Below are positions 1-8,359 of a DNA stretch of 64,000 nt, in pieces. The stretch is taken from assembly GCA_035691285.1 (NCBI GenBank), contig DASSJI010000246.1:1047-65046 (forward strand), written 5' to 3'. Under the pieces are notes generated by a model. It did not search any database, was not told the DNA's origin, and saw only the letters and a list, made by a program, of their open reading frames with translations. Every line of letters begins with the position of its first letter. Position 1 is the first letter of the stretch. The translations under genes were made by a program, and so were the position numbers. This DNA is from Vicinamibacteria bacterium (GTDB taxonomy: Bacteria > Acidobacteriota > Vicinamibacteria > Fen-336).

Positions 1-921
1 CTGAACGCCTTCGCGATGCCCGACGGCACCGTCGTCGTCCACTCGGGCCTGCTCGCCGCCCTGGAGAACGAGGCCCAGCTCGCGGCCGTGCTCGGCCACG
101 AGATCGGGCACGCCACGCACCGCCACGGCTATCGGGGCTTCAAGTCCCAGCAGAAGAAGCAGTCGCTGTTCGGCCTCGGCAGCGCGCTGGCCGGCTTGCT
201 GGTGGGGACACAGACCGACAGTGCTGCAGCCGGGCTGGTGACGGGGCTCGGCACCAACCTCGCCTACCAGGCCTCGGTCAACGGTCACGGCCGCAAGCTC
301 GAGGACGAGGCGGACATGCTCGGCCTCTACTACATGGTCGAGGCCGGCTACGACTACATGGAGGCGCCAGAGGTGTGGCGCGTGTTCGGCAAGTACACCA
401 AGGACCAGAGCAAGGTCAGCAACTTCTTCTTCTCTGACCACTCGACCCACGCCGCGCGCATCAAGAACCTGACGAAGGAGATCAACGCCGAGTATCGCGG
501 CGAGGTCCCGCGCGGGAAGCTCCGCACCGGCGAGGAGGAGTACCAGAAGGCCGTCGAGCGCCTGTCGCAGCAGAACGCCATGGCGAACCTCCAGAGCCAG
601 GAATACGGACGGGCGCAGCGCAGCCTTGCCGGCATGCTCGATCGCAACCCGAACGACGCGAACGCTCACTACAACCTCGGCCGCGTGCTGTGGGCCCAGG
701 GCGGGGCGCAGAACGCCGAGCGCGTCCTCGAGGAGTACGCCGCGGCCGTCCAGCTCGATCCCACCCTCGCCGCGCCGTGGCGGGACATCGGCGTCGTGTT
801 CTACGAGCTGCGGGACGTGAACCGCGCCGCCCGGGCCTTCGAGCGCTACCTGGAGCTCGCCCCGGATGCGCCCGAGGCGCCCAAGATCAGGGCGTTCCTG
901 AACATGGTGCGTGGCCAGTAG
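1..921 (+). CDS. M48-family zinc metallopeptidase with C-terminal TPR repeats (5' partial, enters from upstream of window)
   Basis: The frame is open from base 1 (LNAFAMPDG...). HEXXH motif HEIGHATHRHG is present. The C-terminal half shows TPR-like repeats (AHYNLGRVLWAQG, YAAAVQLDP, WRDIGVVFYEL, FERYLELAPD). The stop codon is at 919-921. Confidence 0.8.
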   Translation: MNAFAMPDGTVVVHSGLLAALENEAQLAAVLGHEIGHATHRHGYRGFKSQQKKQSLFGLGSALAGLLVGTQTDSAAAGLVTGLGTNLAYQASVNGHGRKLEDEADMLGLYYMVEAGYDYMEAPEVWRVFGKYTKDQSKVSNFFFSDHSTHAARIKNLTKEINAEYRGEVPRGKLRTGEEEYQKAVERLSQQNAMANLQSQEYGRAQRSLAGMLDRNPNDANAHYNLGRVLWAQGGAQNAERVLEEYAAAVQLDPTLAAPWRDIGVVFYELRDVNRAARAFERYLELAPDAPEAPKIRAFLNMVRGQ

Positions 922-1268
922 CGGGCGGGCTGAAGGTCGTCGAGGCGAGCGCCGGGACCTGCGGTCCTGCCGCACGCCACGGCCGAGGGCGCAGAGCTGG
1001 ACGACGCTCCGCTGCATCGTCAACCTGGGCCAGGAGTCCAGGAGCGTTCCTCTCCCTGCGCGACGCTGACTGGCTCGCGCAGGGAGGCCTCCCTTGACCA
1101 GGTTTCGCCCGTCATGAGCAGGACGGCGGGAGCTCTCAATGACGAGGAGGGACAATGGAGACCAAGGATCTCTTCGGGAAGCCACACAGCCTGATACCGC
1201 TACTTCTTCCCCGGCTTCAAGGTCATGCAGATGCTCGCCGACGCGCCGCGGTAGATCGGGCGACTGCC

Positions 1269-1712
1269 TCACTTGCGGCCGCCCCAGAGGGCGGCGAACA
1301 GGAAGAAACCGGCGAATCCGGCCCAGGCGAACCCTACGACACAGAAAAGGACATTGTCCCTCCAGAGCAATCCGAAGTCCTTGATCCGCCCCTCCCCGGG
1401 CCTGTCGGCGCGATAGGCCACCTCGACGGCTCGTCCCTCAGGGAAGCTGGCCGCGGCGTTGGTCTCGATCGTGAATCGCCGCGGTGGGCCATCCGGGACC
1501 GAATACTCCACCGTCACACCGTAGAAATCGGACTCGTCGTTCCCGTAGAGGTGCTGCACCGAGACCACCCGGCCACGCGTCGACGCGGCGCGGGAGAGGA
1601 AGTCCCACTGGGCCTTGGTCTTGTACACGCCGGCGACCAGCACCCCGACGCCCGGCGAGCCGAGCAGGGTCACGATCAGGACGAGTCCCAGCTTGCTGCT
1701 CAGCTCGCTCAC
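1269..1712 (-). CDS. DUF3592-like small membrane protein
   Basis: N-terminal and C-terminal hydrophobic helices flank a soluble core (VYKTKAQWDFL...TVEYSVPDGPPRRFTIETN...) typical of DUF3592. It lies downstream of, and co-oriented with, the STAS and sensor genes. Confidence 0.55.
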   Translation of the reverse strand: MSELSSKLGLVLIVTLLGSPGVGVLVAGVYKTKAQWDFLSRAASTRGRVVSVQHLYGNDESDFYGVTVEYSVPDGPPRRFTIETNAAASFPEGRAVEVAYRADRPGEGRIKDFGLLWRDNVLFCVVGFAWAGFAGFFLFAALWGGRK

Positions 1713-1731
1713 CGCACCTCGCAGCCCCCGC

Positions 1732-2094
1732 CTACTCGCCCTCCAGCACCCTCTCCTGGATGCGGGCCAGATAGTCGTCGGCCTCGCTCGCGCTCGCGAA
1801 GATCTTCATCCCGGGCAGGGAGCGAATCACCTCCAGGACGCGCTCGATCTGGGGCTTCATGTTCACGAGCAGGCACTCGGAGCCCGCACCGGTGAGGGCC
1901 TTGCGGGCGCCCAGGAGCACGCGCAGCCCGGCGCTGCTGATGAAGTCGAGGCCCGCGAGATCGAACACGACGTGCTTCGGAGACGTCGCCAGGATCGGTG
2001 CGAGCGCCTGCTCGGCCCGCGGCGATGTGTCCGTGTCGAGCCGGCCCACGAGGGTCACGACCGTGGTCTGGCGGACCTGGATGCTGAGAGGCAT
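1732..2094 (-). CDS. Anti-sigma-factor antagonist (STAS domain, RsbV/SpoIIAA-like)
   Basis: MPLSIQVRQTTVVTLVGRLD... carries the phosphorylatable serine motif DFISSAGLRVLL. An internal ATG at 2094 was chosen over the ORF-track start at 2199, whose N-terminal 35 residues are low complexity. This leaves a 19-bp gap to the upstream gene. Confidence 0.8.
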   Translation of the reverse strand: MPLSIQVRQTTVVTLVGRLDTDTSPRAEQALAPILATSPKHVVFDLAGLDFISSAGLRVLLGARKALTGAGSECLLVNMKPQIERVLEVIRSLPGMKIFASASEADDYLARIQERVLEGE

Positions 2095-2113
2095 GATGAT
2101 GGACTCCTTCCTG

Positions 2114-4468
2114 CTATGAGGCGCTTCCGGCGCCCGGTCGCGCGCGCTTGCGCTCCAGGACGAGGCGATTCTCCCCGTTCTGGCGCGTGTATTCCACACG
2201 ATCCATCACCTGGCGGACGATGTGAACGCCCAGGCCTCCGCTTCCGTCGGCCGAGCCCGATCGGGGCGGCCCGGCCTCGAGGGGATTGAAAGCGGGGGTC
2301 CGGTCCGAGACCTCGAGGCGCACGACCTCTCCCTCCAGAGCGAGACGCAGGGCGATCGGTCCGCTCGTGTGCGACCCGTACCCATGGTGGATGATGTTCG
2401 CGACCACCTCGTCCAGGGCGAGGTCGAGATCCTGGATCGTCTCGGCGTCGACGCCCCGGGACGAGCACCAGTTCTCCATCCACTCGCGGCCCCGCACCAG
2501 CTCCTCAGTTCGGCTCTCGAGCACCAGGGCGGACCCCGAGCCGGCGGAGGCGGATCGCCGGACGACCAGGATCGCGATGTCGTCGAACTGCGGCGCCGAG
2601 CCGGCGAAGGCCCGCACGGCGGCGTGGACGCCCTCGGCCAGGGTGGGGGGATCGCTGTGCGACCGGGAGGCGAGGTGCTCGATCAACCTCTCCTCGCCAA
2701 AGATCGTGCTCCGCGAGTCGTGGGCCTCGGTCACCCCGTCGGTGTAGAGGAGGAGGGCGTCGCCGGGCTCAAGCTTCAGATCGTGGCGCTCGAAGGAGAC
2801 GCCGGAAACGACCCCCAGGACGGTGCCTACGGAGCCCTCGACGAAACGAGGCTTCCCCGCCGCCGGAACGAGAACCGGCCGGGTGTGGCCGCCGTTCGCG
2901 AGCGAGAGGCGGCCGGAGCCCGTGTCCAGCACCCCGCAGGCCAGGGTGACGAACATGTTCGCGGTGCTCTCGACGACCAGCGCGTCGTTGACCCGGGCCA
3001 GCACCGCCGCGGGGTCGGGCAGCTCGCGGGCGGCGGCCTCGAAATGGATGTCGGTGACGGCCATGAACAGCGCCGCCGGGATGCCTTTGTCCGAGACGTC
3101 CCCGATCACGAACGAGATCTCGCCGGGGCGCCGCACCACCACGTCGAAGAGGTCGCCGCCCACGGCACGCGCCGGCTCCAGGAGCCCGAACACCTCGCAG
3201 CCGAGCTTGTCCGGCGAGAGGTCCGCGGGCCGCGGCAGCAGGCTCATCTGGATCTGCCGCGCGACCCTGAGCTCGCTCTCCAGCCGCTCCTCGGCGGCGG
3301 CGCTCTCCTTCACGGCCTCGATGTACTGCGTGAGCGCCGTCTGCATCTCGGCGAAGGAGGCGGTCAGGCGCCCAACCTCGTCGCGCGACGAGGCCTCCGG
3401 CAGCGGCGTGTCGAGGCGTCCGCTGGCCACGTCCTGGGCGGCGCGCGTGAGCTGGACCAGTGGTCGCGTCGACCGGCGAGCGACCAGGATCACCGCCGTG
3501 CCGAGGAAGAACGCGCCGGCCAGGCCGGTCAGCCACAGCCTCCGCTGCAGCGCGTCCACATCGGCCAGCGTCTCGGCCTCGGGAAAGACCACCGCGAGGT
3601 TCCATCCGGCGGCCATCAGGGGCCTGAAGACGACGAAGCTCGGAGCCCCCGTCCGCAGGTCCGGCGTGCGCTCCATTCCCATCCCGCCGGCGGCGACCGC
3701 CTGCGCCAGCCGCTCGAGGCCCGGGTCGCCGCGCTCGGCGGCGACCGCGGCGAGGCTCGCCTTCATGGCGAGTCGCGGGTCGGGGTGCGTGACGATGCCG
3801 CCCGATCGCGACAGCAGGAAGGCGTATCCCGTGGCGCCCACCTTGATCCCCGACATGAGCTGCTGGAGCCACTCCAGGGCGACGTCTGCGGTGGCGATTC
3901 CCAGGAGGCGGCCGCCAGGCTCCCGCACGGGCAACGAGTACGTCGCCATCAGGATCCCGCCGCCTCCCTCGTCGAAGTAGGGCTCCGACCAGAGCGGCGC
4001 CCCGCGGTCTCGAGGAAACCGGTACCAGTCCTGTGTCTCGTAGCCGTAGCCGCCCTGGGCCAGGTCCTTCACCTTGAGCCCATCTCCCTCGCGATAGCAG
4101 TACGGCGAGAAGCGCGGCAGCCTGACGTCGAAAGCCCCTGGCTCGAAGGCGGCGGCCGAGCCGAACACCGTCGGGCTCAGGGCCACGTTCGCGCACAGCT
4201 CCCGCTCGAGTGCGGCCCTTGCGGGAAGGCCCTGCAGCAGCGAATGCGCCAGCCGGCGCGCCGTCTCCTCGACGCGCAGAAGCTGTGCTTCGATGCGGGC
4301 CGCCGCCGCCTCGATGACGGCATCGCCCTGGCGCCGGATGTGCCCCACGAGCATCTCCCGGGTCCAGCGATGGACGTCCAGCAGGATGAGGAGGTAGACG
4401 GCGAGGCCGGCCGCGAGGAGCGCGAGGGCGAGCTTGGCGGCCAGGCTGCGGCCGAGAAACGATGGCAT
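2114..4468 (-). CDS. Multidomain sensor: TM-Cache-like periplasmic domain, HAMP, PP2C (SpoIIE/RsbU-type) phosphatase, and C-terminal RsbW-like HATPase (anti-sigma-factor kinase) domain
   Basis: An N-terminal TM helix is followed by a Cache-like segment (TQDWYRFPRDRGAPLWSEPYFDEGGGGILMATYSLP), a second TM, and a HAMP/coiled coil. The PP2C core shows GDVSDKGIPAALFMAV, DGVTEA and acidic metal-binding residues. The C-terminal GHKL kinase has N-box DEVVANIIHHGY and G-box GGLGVHIVRQVMD. ATG at 4466-4468. Confidence 0.85.
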   Translation of the reverse strand: MPSFLGRSLAAKLALALLAAGLAVYLLILLDVHRWTREMLVGHIRRQGDAVIEAAAARIEAQLLRVEETARRLAHSLLQGLPARAALERELCANVALSPTVFGSAAAFEPGAFDVRLPRFSPYCYREGDGLKVKDLAQGGYGYETQDWYRFPRDRGAPLWSEPYFDEGGGGILMATYSLPVREPGGRLLGIATADVALEWLQQLMSGIKVGATGYAFLLSRSGGIVTHPDPRLAMKASLAAVAAERGDPGLERLAQAVAAGGMGMERTPDLRTGAPSFVVFRPLMAAGWNLAVVFPEAETLADVDALQRRLWLTGLAGAFFLGTAVILVARRSTRPLVQLTRAAQDVASGRLDTPLPEASSRDEVGRLTASFAEMQTALTQYIEAVKESAAAEERLESELRVARQIQMSLLPRPADLSPDKLGCEVFGLLEPARAVGGDLFDVVVRRPGEISFVIGDVSDKGIPAALFMAVTDIHFEAAARELPDPAAVLARVNDALVVESTANMFVTLACGVLDTGSGRLSLANGGHTRPVLVPAAGKPRFVEGSVGTVLGVVSGVSFERHDLKLEPGDALLLYTDGVTEAHDSRSTIFGEERLIEHLASRSHSDPPTLAEGVHAAVRAFAGSAPQFDDIAILVVRRSASAGSGSALVLESRTEELVRGREWMENWCSSRGVDAETIQDLDLALDEVVANIIHHGYGSHTSGPIALRLALEGEVVRLEVSDRTPAFNPLEAGPPRSGSADGSGGLGVHIVRQVMDRVEYTRQNGENRLVLERKRARPGAGSAS

Positions 4469-4539
4469 CGCGGAGGCAGGGATTGTAGAACACGCATCCC
4501 GGCCGGCGCCGGGGTCGATCGAGCGATACTCTGCCCGTC

Positions 4540-5661
4540 ATGACCGAGCCCCATTACCCCGCCGCGCGCCACCACGCCGCGCGCTTGCACGACCACTTCG
4601 CGCGGCACCTTCCGCACGGCGCCGAAGGCTCGCCCTCCAGGGCTCCCGTGCCGGACGCGGAAACCATCGAGGCGCTGGTGGACGCCGGCTTCTGGGCCAG
4701 CCTGCAGCGGGAGGAGGGCTACGCTCCGGAGATCTCGCTGGCTTTCGTGTCCCCGGACCGGGCGGTCCGACCGATGCTGCTCGCGGAGCCGCTGCCCCTC
4801 GGGCCACGCGCCCTCGCGCGCCTGGCTCCGGCCGTCGAGCGCCCCGGCATCCACCTGGGCGTATGGCGGGCGGGCAAGCGCCTCCAGGTCTGGGGGACGA
4901 CGCGGGCGACCCCGACCTCCTGCTTCGTGCTCGAGGTGCTGGGCCCCGGCCTCCTGGTCGTGAAGCACCGTGTTCACGACGACTCACCGAAGTTCAGGAA
5001 CGTCGCGGTGTTCGAGGGGGAGCAGGTCAAGCTGGTGAGCCGCGAGGCGCTGGCGGCCCCGGACGCGCCCGCCCTGCTGAGGTCGCTCCTGGCTCCCGAA
5101 GCGGCCTACACGCCGGACCCGTTCGACGACGTGCTGCTGCGCCTGGCCGTCTCGATGCGCGCGCACAGGCGGGGAGGGACCCTGCTGGTCGTCCCCGCGC
5201 GCTCCGAGGCGTGGCGGGACTCGATCGTCCGCCCCATCGCCTACGCCGTCGAGCCGCCCTTCACCGAGCTCGCAGAGCTCGCGAGAGAGGCGACCGAAGA
5301 GCGCCACCTGGCCCTCAGCCGCGTGGTCGACGCCATTGCCGGCCTCACCGCCGTGGACGGGGCCACGCTGATCACGGACCGGTACGACCTGCTCGCCTTC
5401 GGCGTGAAGATCGGCCGGCCCGACGGACGGCCGCGGGTGGAGCGCGTGGCGCTCAGCGAGCCCGTCGAGGGCGGCGCCGTGTCGGTGGTCGCTCCGCTCC
5501 AGGTCGGGGGCACGCGACACAACTCGGCGGCGCAGTTCGCCCAGGATCAACCCGACGCGCTCGCGATGGTGGCCTCTCAGGACGGCCGCTTCACGCTGTT
5601 CGCGTCCTCACAGCGGGACGGCCTCGTCCACGCCCATCGCGTCGAGGTCCTGCTGTTGTGA
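4540..5661 (+). CDS. Diadenylate-cyclase (DAC/DisA_N)-like domain protein with ~200-aa N-terminal domain of unknown function
   Basis: The C-terminal 170 aa align by eye to DAC motifs: RRGGTLLVVPARSE (cf. KTGALIVIERE), VDGATLITDRYDLLAFGVKIG (DGA motif), and GGTRHNSAAQFAQDQPDALAMVASQDGRFTLF (cf. GTRHRAA...SEETG..ISL; RHR becomes RHN). Divergent from the sensor gene across a 71-bp spacer. Confidence 0.65.
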   Translation: MTEPHYPAARHHAARLHDHFARHLPHGAEGSPSRAPVPDAETIEALVDAGFWASLQREEGYAPEISLAFVSPDRAVRPMLLAEPLPLGPRALARLAPAVERPGIHLGVWRAGKRLQVWGTTRATPTSCFVLEVLGPGLLVVKHRVHDDSPKFRNVAVFEGEQVKLVSREALAAPDAPALLRSLLAPEAAYTPDPFDDVLLRLAVSMRAHRRGGTLLVVPARSEAWRDSIVRPIAYAVEPPFTELAELAREATEERHLALSRVVDAIAGLTAVDGATLITDRYDLLAFGVKIGRPDGRPRVERVALSEPVEGGAVSVVAPLQVGGTRHNSAAQFAQDQPDALAMVASQDGRFTLFASSQRDGLVHAHRVEVLLL

Positions 5662-5686
5662 GCGAGCTCTCCGGACCGGGTCGTCG

Positions 5687-8320
5687 TCAGTGCCACTGGC
5701 GGCGCGGCCGGTGGATGCGGCCGACGCTCATCGCCCGGGACGCCGGCGAGCCCTTCATGGGCAGCGTCGTGCGCCTCATGCCGTCGTAAGCCTCGAGGGC
5801 GCCCGCCACCGCCCCCGCGGTGGGCACGAGGCCGGCCTCCCCCACGCCCTTGGCCCCGAAGGGACCCTCGGGCTCCGGGTCCTCGACCAGGATCACCTCC
5901 GTCCTCGGCATGTCGCGCGCGCGCAGCGCCCCCAGCTCGCGCACGCTGGAGGTCACGGGCATCCCGTTCTCGCAGGGCAGCTCTTCGGTCAGCGCGTAGC
6001 CGAGGCCCATGTGGATGCCGCCCTCGATCTGCCCGCGGCACAGCGCGGGGTTCACGACCCGGCCGACGTCGTGGGCCGCGACCACGCGCTCCACGCGGCC
6101 GTCGGCGTCGAGGATCACGACCTGCGTGGCGAAACCGTACGCGGTGTGGGTCTTGACCCGCGGCGCGTCCGTCCCGAGGGCGGTCGTGTCCTGCACGACC
6201 TCGTCCGCCGCGTACACGGCGCCGGCGAGATCGTCCAGGCTGTGGCCGGCGTCGAGGTCGCCGCGCAGCTTCCGGGCGGCCTGCACGACCGCGCGCCCCG
6301 CGAACAGCGTCGCCCGCGAGCCGGTCGTCTGGCCGCAGCCGAGCGCGTAGCTCGAGTCCACTCTCGGCCGGAACAACGCAGGTGACAGGCCCGTCACCTC
6401 CGCCGCGAACTGCACCAGGGCCGTGAACAGGCCCTGGCCCATGTCCGTGTAGCCGTTGTAGATCGCAACCGTGCCGTCCCCCTGGACCACGAGCCGGCAG
6501 CGGCCCCACTCCGCGACGCCGTTGCCGACGCCGCTGTTCTTGAGGCCGCACGCGATGCCCACCGCCTTGCCCGCCGCGCGCGCCCCGTAGTACGCGTCCT
6601 TCACTGCCTCGAGCGTCCGCAGGATCCCCACTGACTTCTCGAGCACCTGGCCGGTCGTCACCGCGTCGCCCACCGCTACGACGTTCCGGCGGCGCACCTC
6701 CCAGCCGTCGATTCCCAACCTCTCGGCGAGCAGGTCGAGACAGCCCTCCATCGCGAACGTCGCCTGCGGAACGCCGAACCCGCGCATGGCCCCCGACGGC
6801 GGGTTGTTCGTGTAGACCGCCAGCGCCTCGACGTCGACGGCAGGGACGCGGTAGGGGCCGCAGGCATGACCGGCCGCGCGTTCCAGGACCTTCCCGCCCA
6901 CGGACGCATAGGCGCCCGAGTCGCCCAGGAGGCGCGCCACCACCGCCGTGAGCCGGCCGGCCGCGTCGCAGCCGACGCGGTAGTCCAGGCGGATCGGATG
7001 CCGCTTCGGGTGGAGTCGGACCGACTCTTCCCGACTCAGCACGAGCTTGACAGGCCGGCCCGCGAGGCTGGCCAGGAGCGCCGTCTGCGCCTGGACCGAC
7101 AGGTCCTCCTTGCCGCCGAAGGCTCCCCCGCTCGGGACGAGCTCGACGTGCAAGCGCTCCTCCGGAAGCCCGAGGAAGCGCGCGACCTGCCTGCGGTCGT
7201 CGAAGACGCCTTGCCCCTGGCTGTAGAGCGCGAGCCGGCCGTCGGGGAGCGGCTCGGCCAGCGCCGCCTCCGGCTCGAGGAACAGGTGCTCGACACGCTG
7301 CGTCCGCCAGGTTCCGCTGACGACGTGGGCGCTGCGGCGAAGCTCGCCCGCCGCGTCGCCCCGGCGGATGACGGAGCGCGAGAGCAGGTTCGCGTGCCGA
7401 GGGTTGATCCGGGTCGAGCCGGCCTGAAGCGCCGCTTCCGGATCGAGCACGGGCGGACGCGGCTCGTAGTCCACCCTCACGAGCGCGGCGGCCGCCCGAG
7501 CGCTGCGGGCGTCGTCGGCCGCCACCGCCGCCAGCACGTCGCCGACGCAGCGCACCTCCTCGCCCTCGGCGACGAAGCCGGGCCAGTCGTCCTCCAGGAG
7601 GCCGTAGAAGCGCTCGCCGCGGACATCCGCCGCCGTCGCCACGGCGCGAACGCCGGGGAACGCCCTCGCCTCCGCCGTGTCGATCCGACGGACCAGCGCG
7701 CGCGGGTGCCCGGAGAAGACGAGCGCGCCGTGGAGCAGACCGGGACGACGCAGGTCGGCGACGAAGGGCCGGAGGCCGAGCGCGTGGTCGAGGCCCTGAT
7801 AGCGTGCGAGCGGCTGGCCGACGCCGCCCATCGCCGCGGGCTCCGGCCAGGGCCCGCCGCGCCAGGAGCGGGCCATCAACTGGACGGCCTCCACGATCTG
7901 CGCATAACCGGTGCAGCGACAGAGATGGCCGTCCAGGGCGCGGGCGATCTCGTCGCGCGTGGGGCTCGGGTGCCGGTCCAGCAGGTGCTTGGCCCGGAGC
8001 GCGATGCCGGGGGTGCAGAAGCCGCACTGCACGCCGCCCGTGGCTACGAGCGCCCGGGAGATCAGCTCGCGCTCGCGCCGGGTCAGGCCTTCCAAGGTGA
8101 GGACGTTCCGGTCTTCGGCCCGCTCGGCCTCGATCGCGCACGTCACGAGCGGGCGGCCATCGATCAGGACGAGACACGCCCCGCACTGGCCCTGGGGCTG
8201 GCAGCCGTCCTTGATCGAGGTGATGCCGCAACGTTCGCGCAGCGCGTCGAGAAGCGATTCGCCCGGTTGGGCCTCGATCGCGCAGGGCCGGTCGTTGAGC
8301 CTGAAACGGACCGTCACCAT
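5687..8320 (-). CDS. Mop-type molybdenum hydroxylase / aldehyde oxidoreductase family (fused N-terminal [2Fe-2S] domains + molybdopterin-binding domain, no FAD subunit)
   Basis: Starts MVTVRFRLNDRPCAIEAQPGE.... 2Fe-2S motifs CQPQGQCGACLV, CGFCTPG and CRCTGY are followed by an approx. 700-aa MoCo domain (GGAFGGK, GFGVPQ...). It is 877 aa, comparable to D. gigas MOP. The 1432-aa ORF-track entry extends 555 codons further as a G/R/A-rich antisense artefact over the PLP gene. Line labels here appear off by one relative to the ORF track, so coordinates follow the track. Confidence 0.85.
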   Translation of the reverse strand: MVTVRFRLNDRPCAIEAQPGESLLDALRERCGITSIKDGCQPQGQCGACLVLIDGRPLVTCAIEAERAEDRNVLTLEGLTRRERELISRALVATGGVQCGFCTPGIALRAKHLLDRHPSPTRDEIARALDGHLCRCTGYAQIVEAVQLMARSWRGGPWPEPAAMGGVGQPLARYQGLDHALGLRPFVADLRRPGLLHGALVFSGHPRALVRRIDTAEARAFPGVRAVATAADVRGERFYGLLEDDWPGFVAEGEEVRCVGDVLAAVAADDARSARAAAALVRVDYEPRPPVLDPEAALQAGSTRINPRHANLLSRSVIRRGDAAGELRRSAHVVSGTWRTQRVEHLFLEPEAALAEPLPDGRLALYSQGQGVFDDRRQVARFLGLPEERLHVELVPSGGAFGGKEDLSVQAQTALLASLAGRPVKLVLSREESVRLHPKRHPIRLDYRVGCDAAGRLTAVVARLLGDSGAYASVGGKVLERAAGHACGPYRVPAVDVEALAVYTNNPPSGAMRGFGVPQATFAMEGCLDLLAERLGIDGWEVRRRNVVAVGDAVTTGQVLEKSVGILRTLEAVKDAYYGARAAGKAVGIACGLKNSGVGNGVAEWGRCRLVVQGDGTVAIYNGYTDMGQGLFTALVQFAAEVTGLSPALFRPRVDSSYALGCGQTTGSRATLFAGRAVVQAARKLRGDLDAGHSLDDLAGAVYAADEVVQDTTALGTDAPRVKTHTAYGFATQVVILDADGRVERVVAAHDVGRVVNPALCRGQIEGGIHMGLGYALTEELPCENGMPVTSSVRELGALRARDMPRTEVILVEDPEPEGPFGAKGVGEAGLVPTAGAVAGALEAYDGMRRTTLPMKGSPASRAMSVGRIHRPRRQWH

Positions 8321-8359
8321 GGCCTCGCGGGCCCGATTCTTGAAAGAGAGCCGCAGCGG

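Noticed and set aside
2222-4543. 773-aa plus-strand ORF
   Set aside because: Lies entirely antisense to the Cache-PP2C-HATPase gene. The translation is Arg/Gly/Pro-rich without motifs, a typical high-GC antisense artefact.
5577-8231. 884-aa minus-strand ORF overlapping the Mop hydroxylase gene in another frame
   Set aside because: An out-of-frame shadow of a gene with strong family signatures. The translation is R/G/A/P-rich low complexity.
6866-8359. First about 500 codons of the 946-aa plus-strand ORF
   Set aside because: Antisense to the hydroxylase gene. Only the part from 8360, the PLP enzyme with PTGSHK and glycine loop, has protein-like composition.
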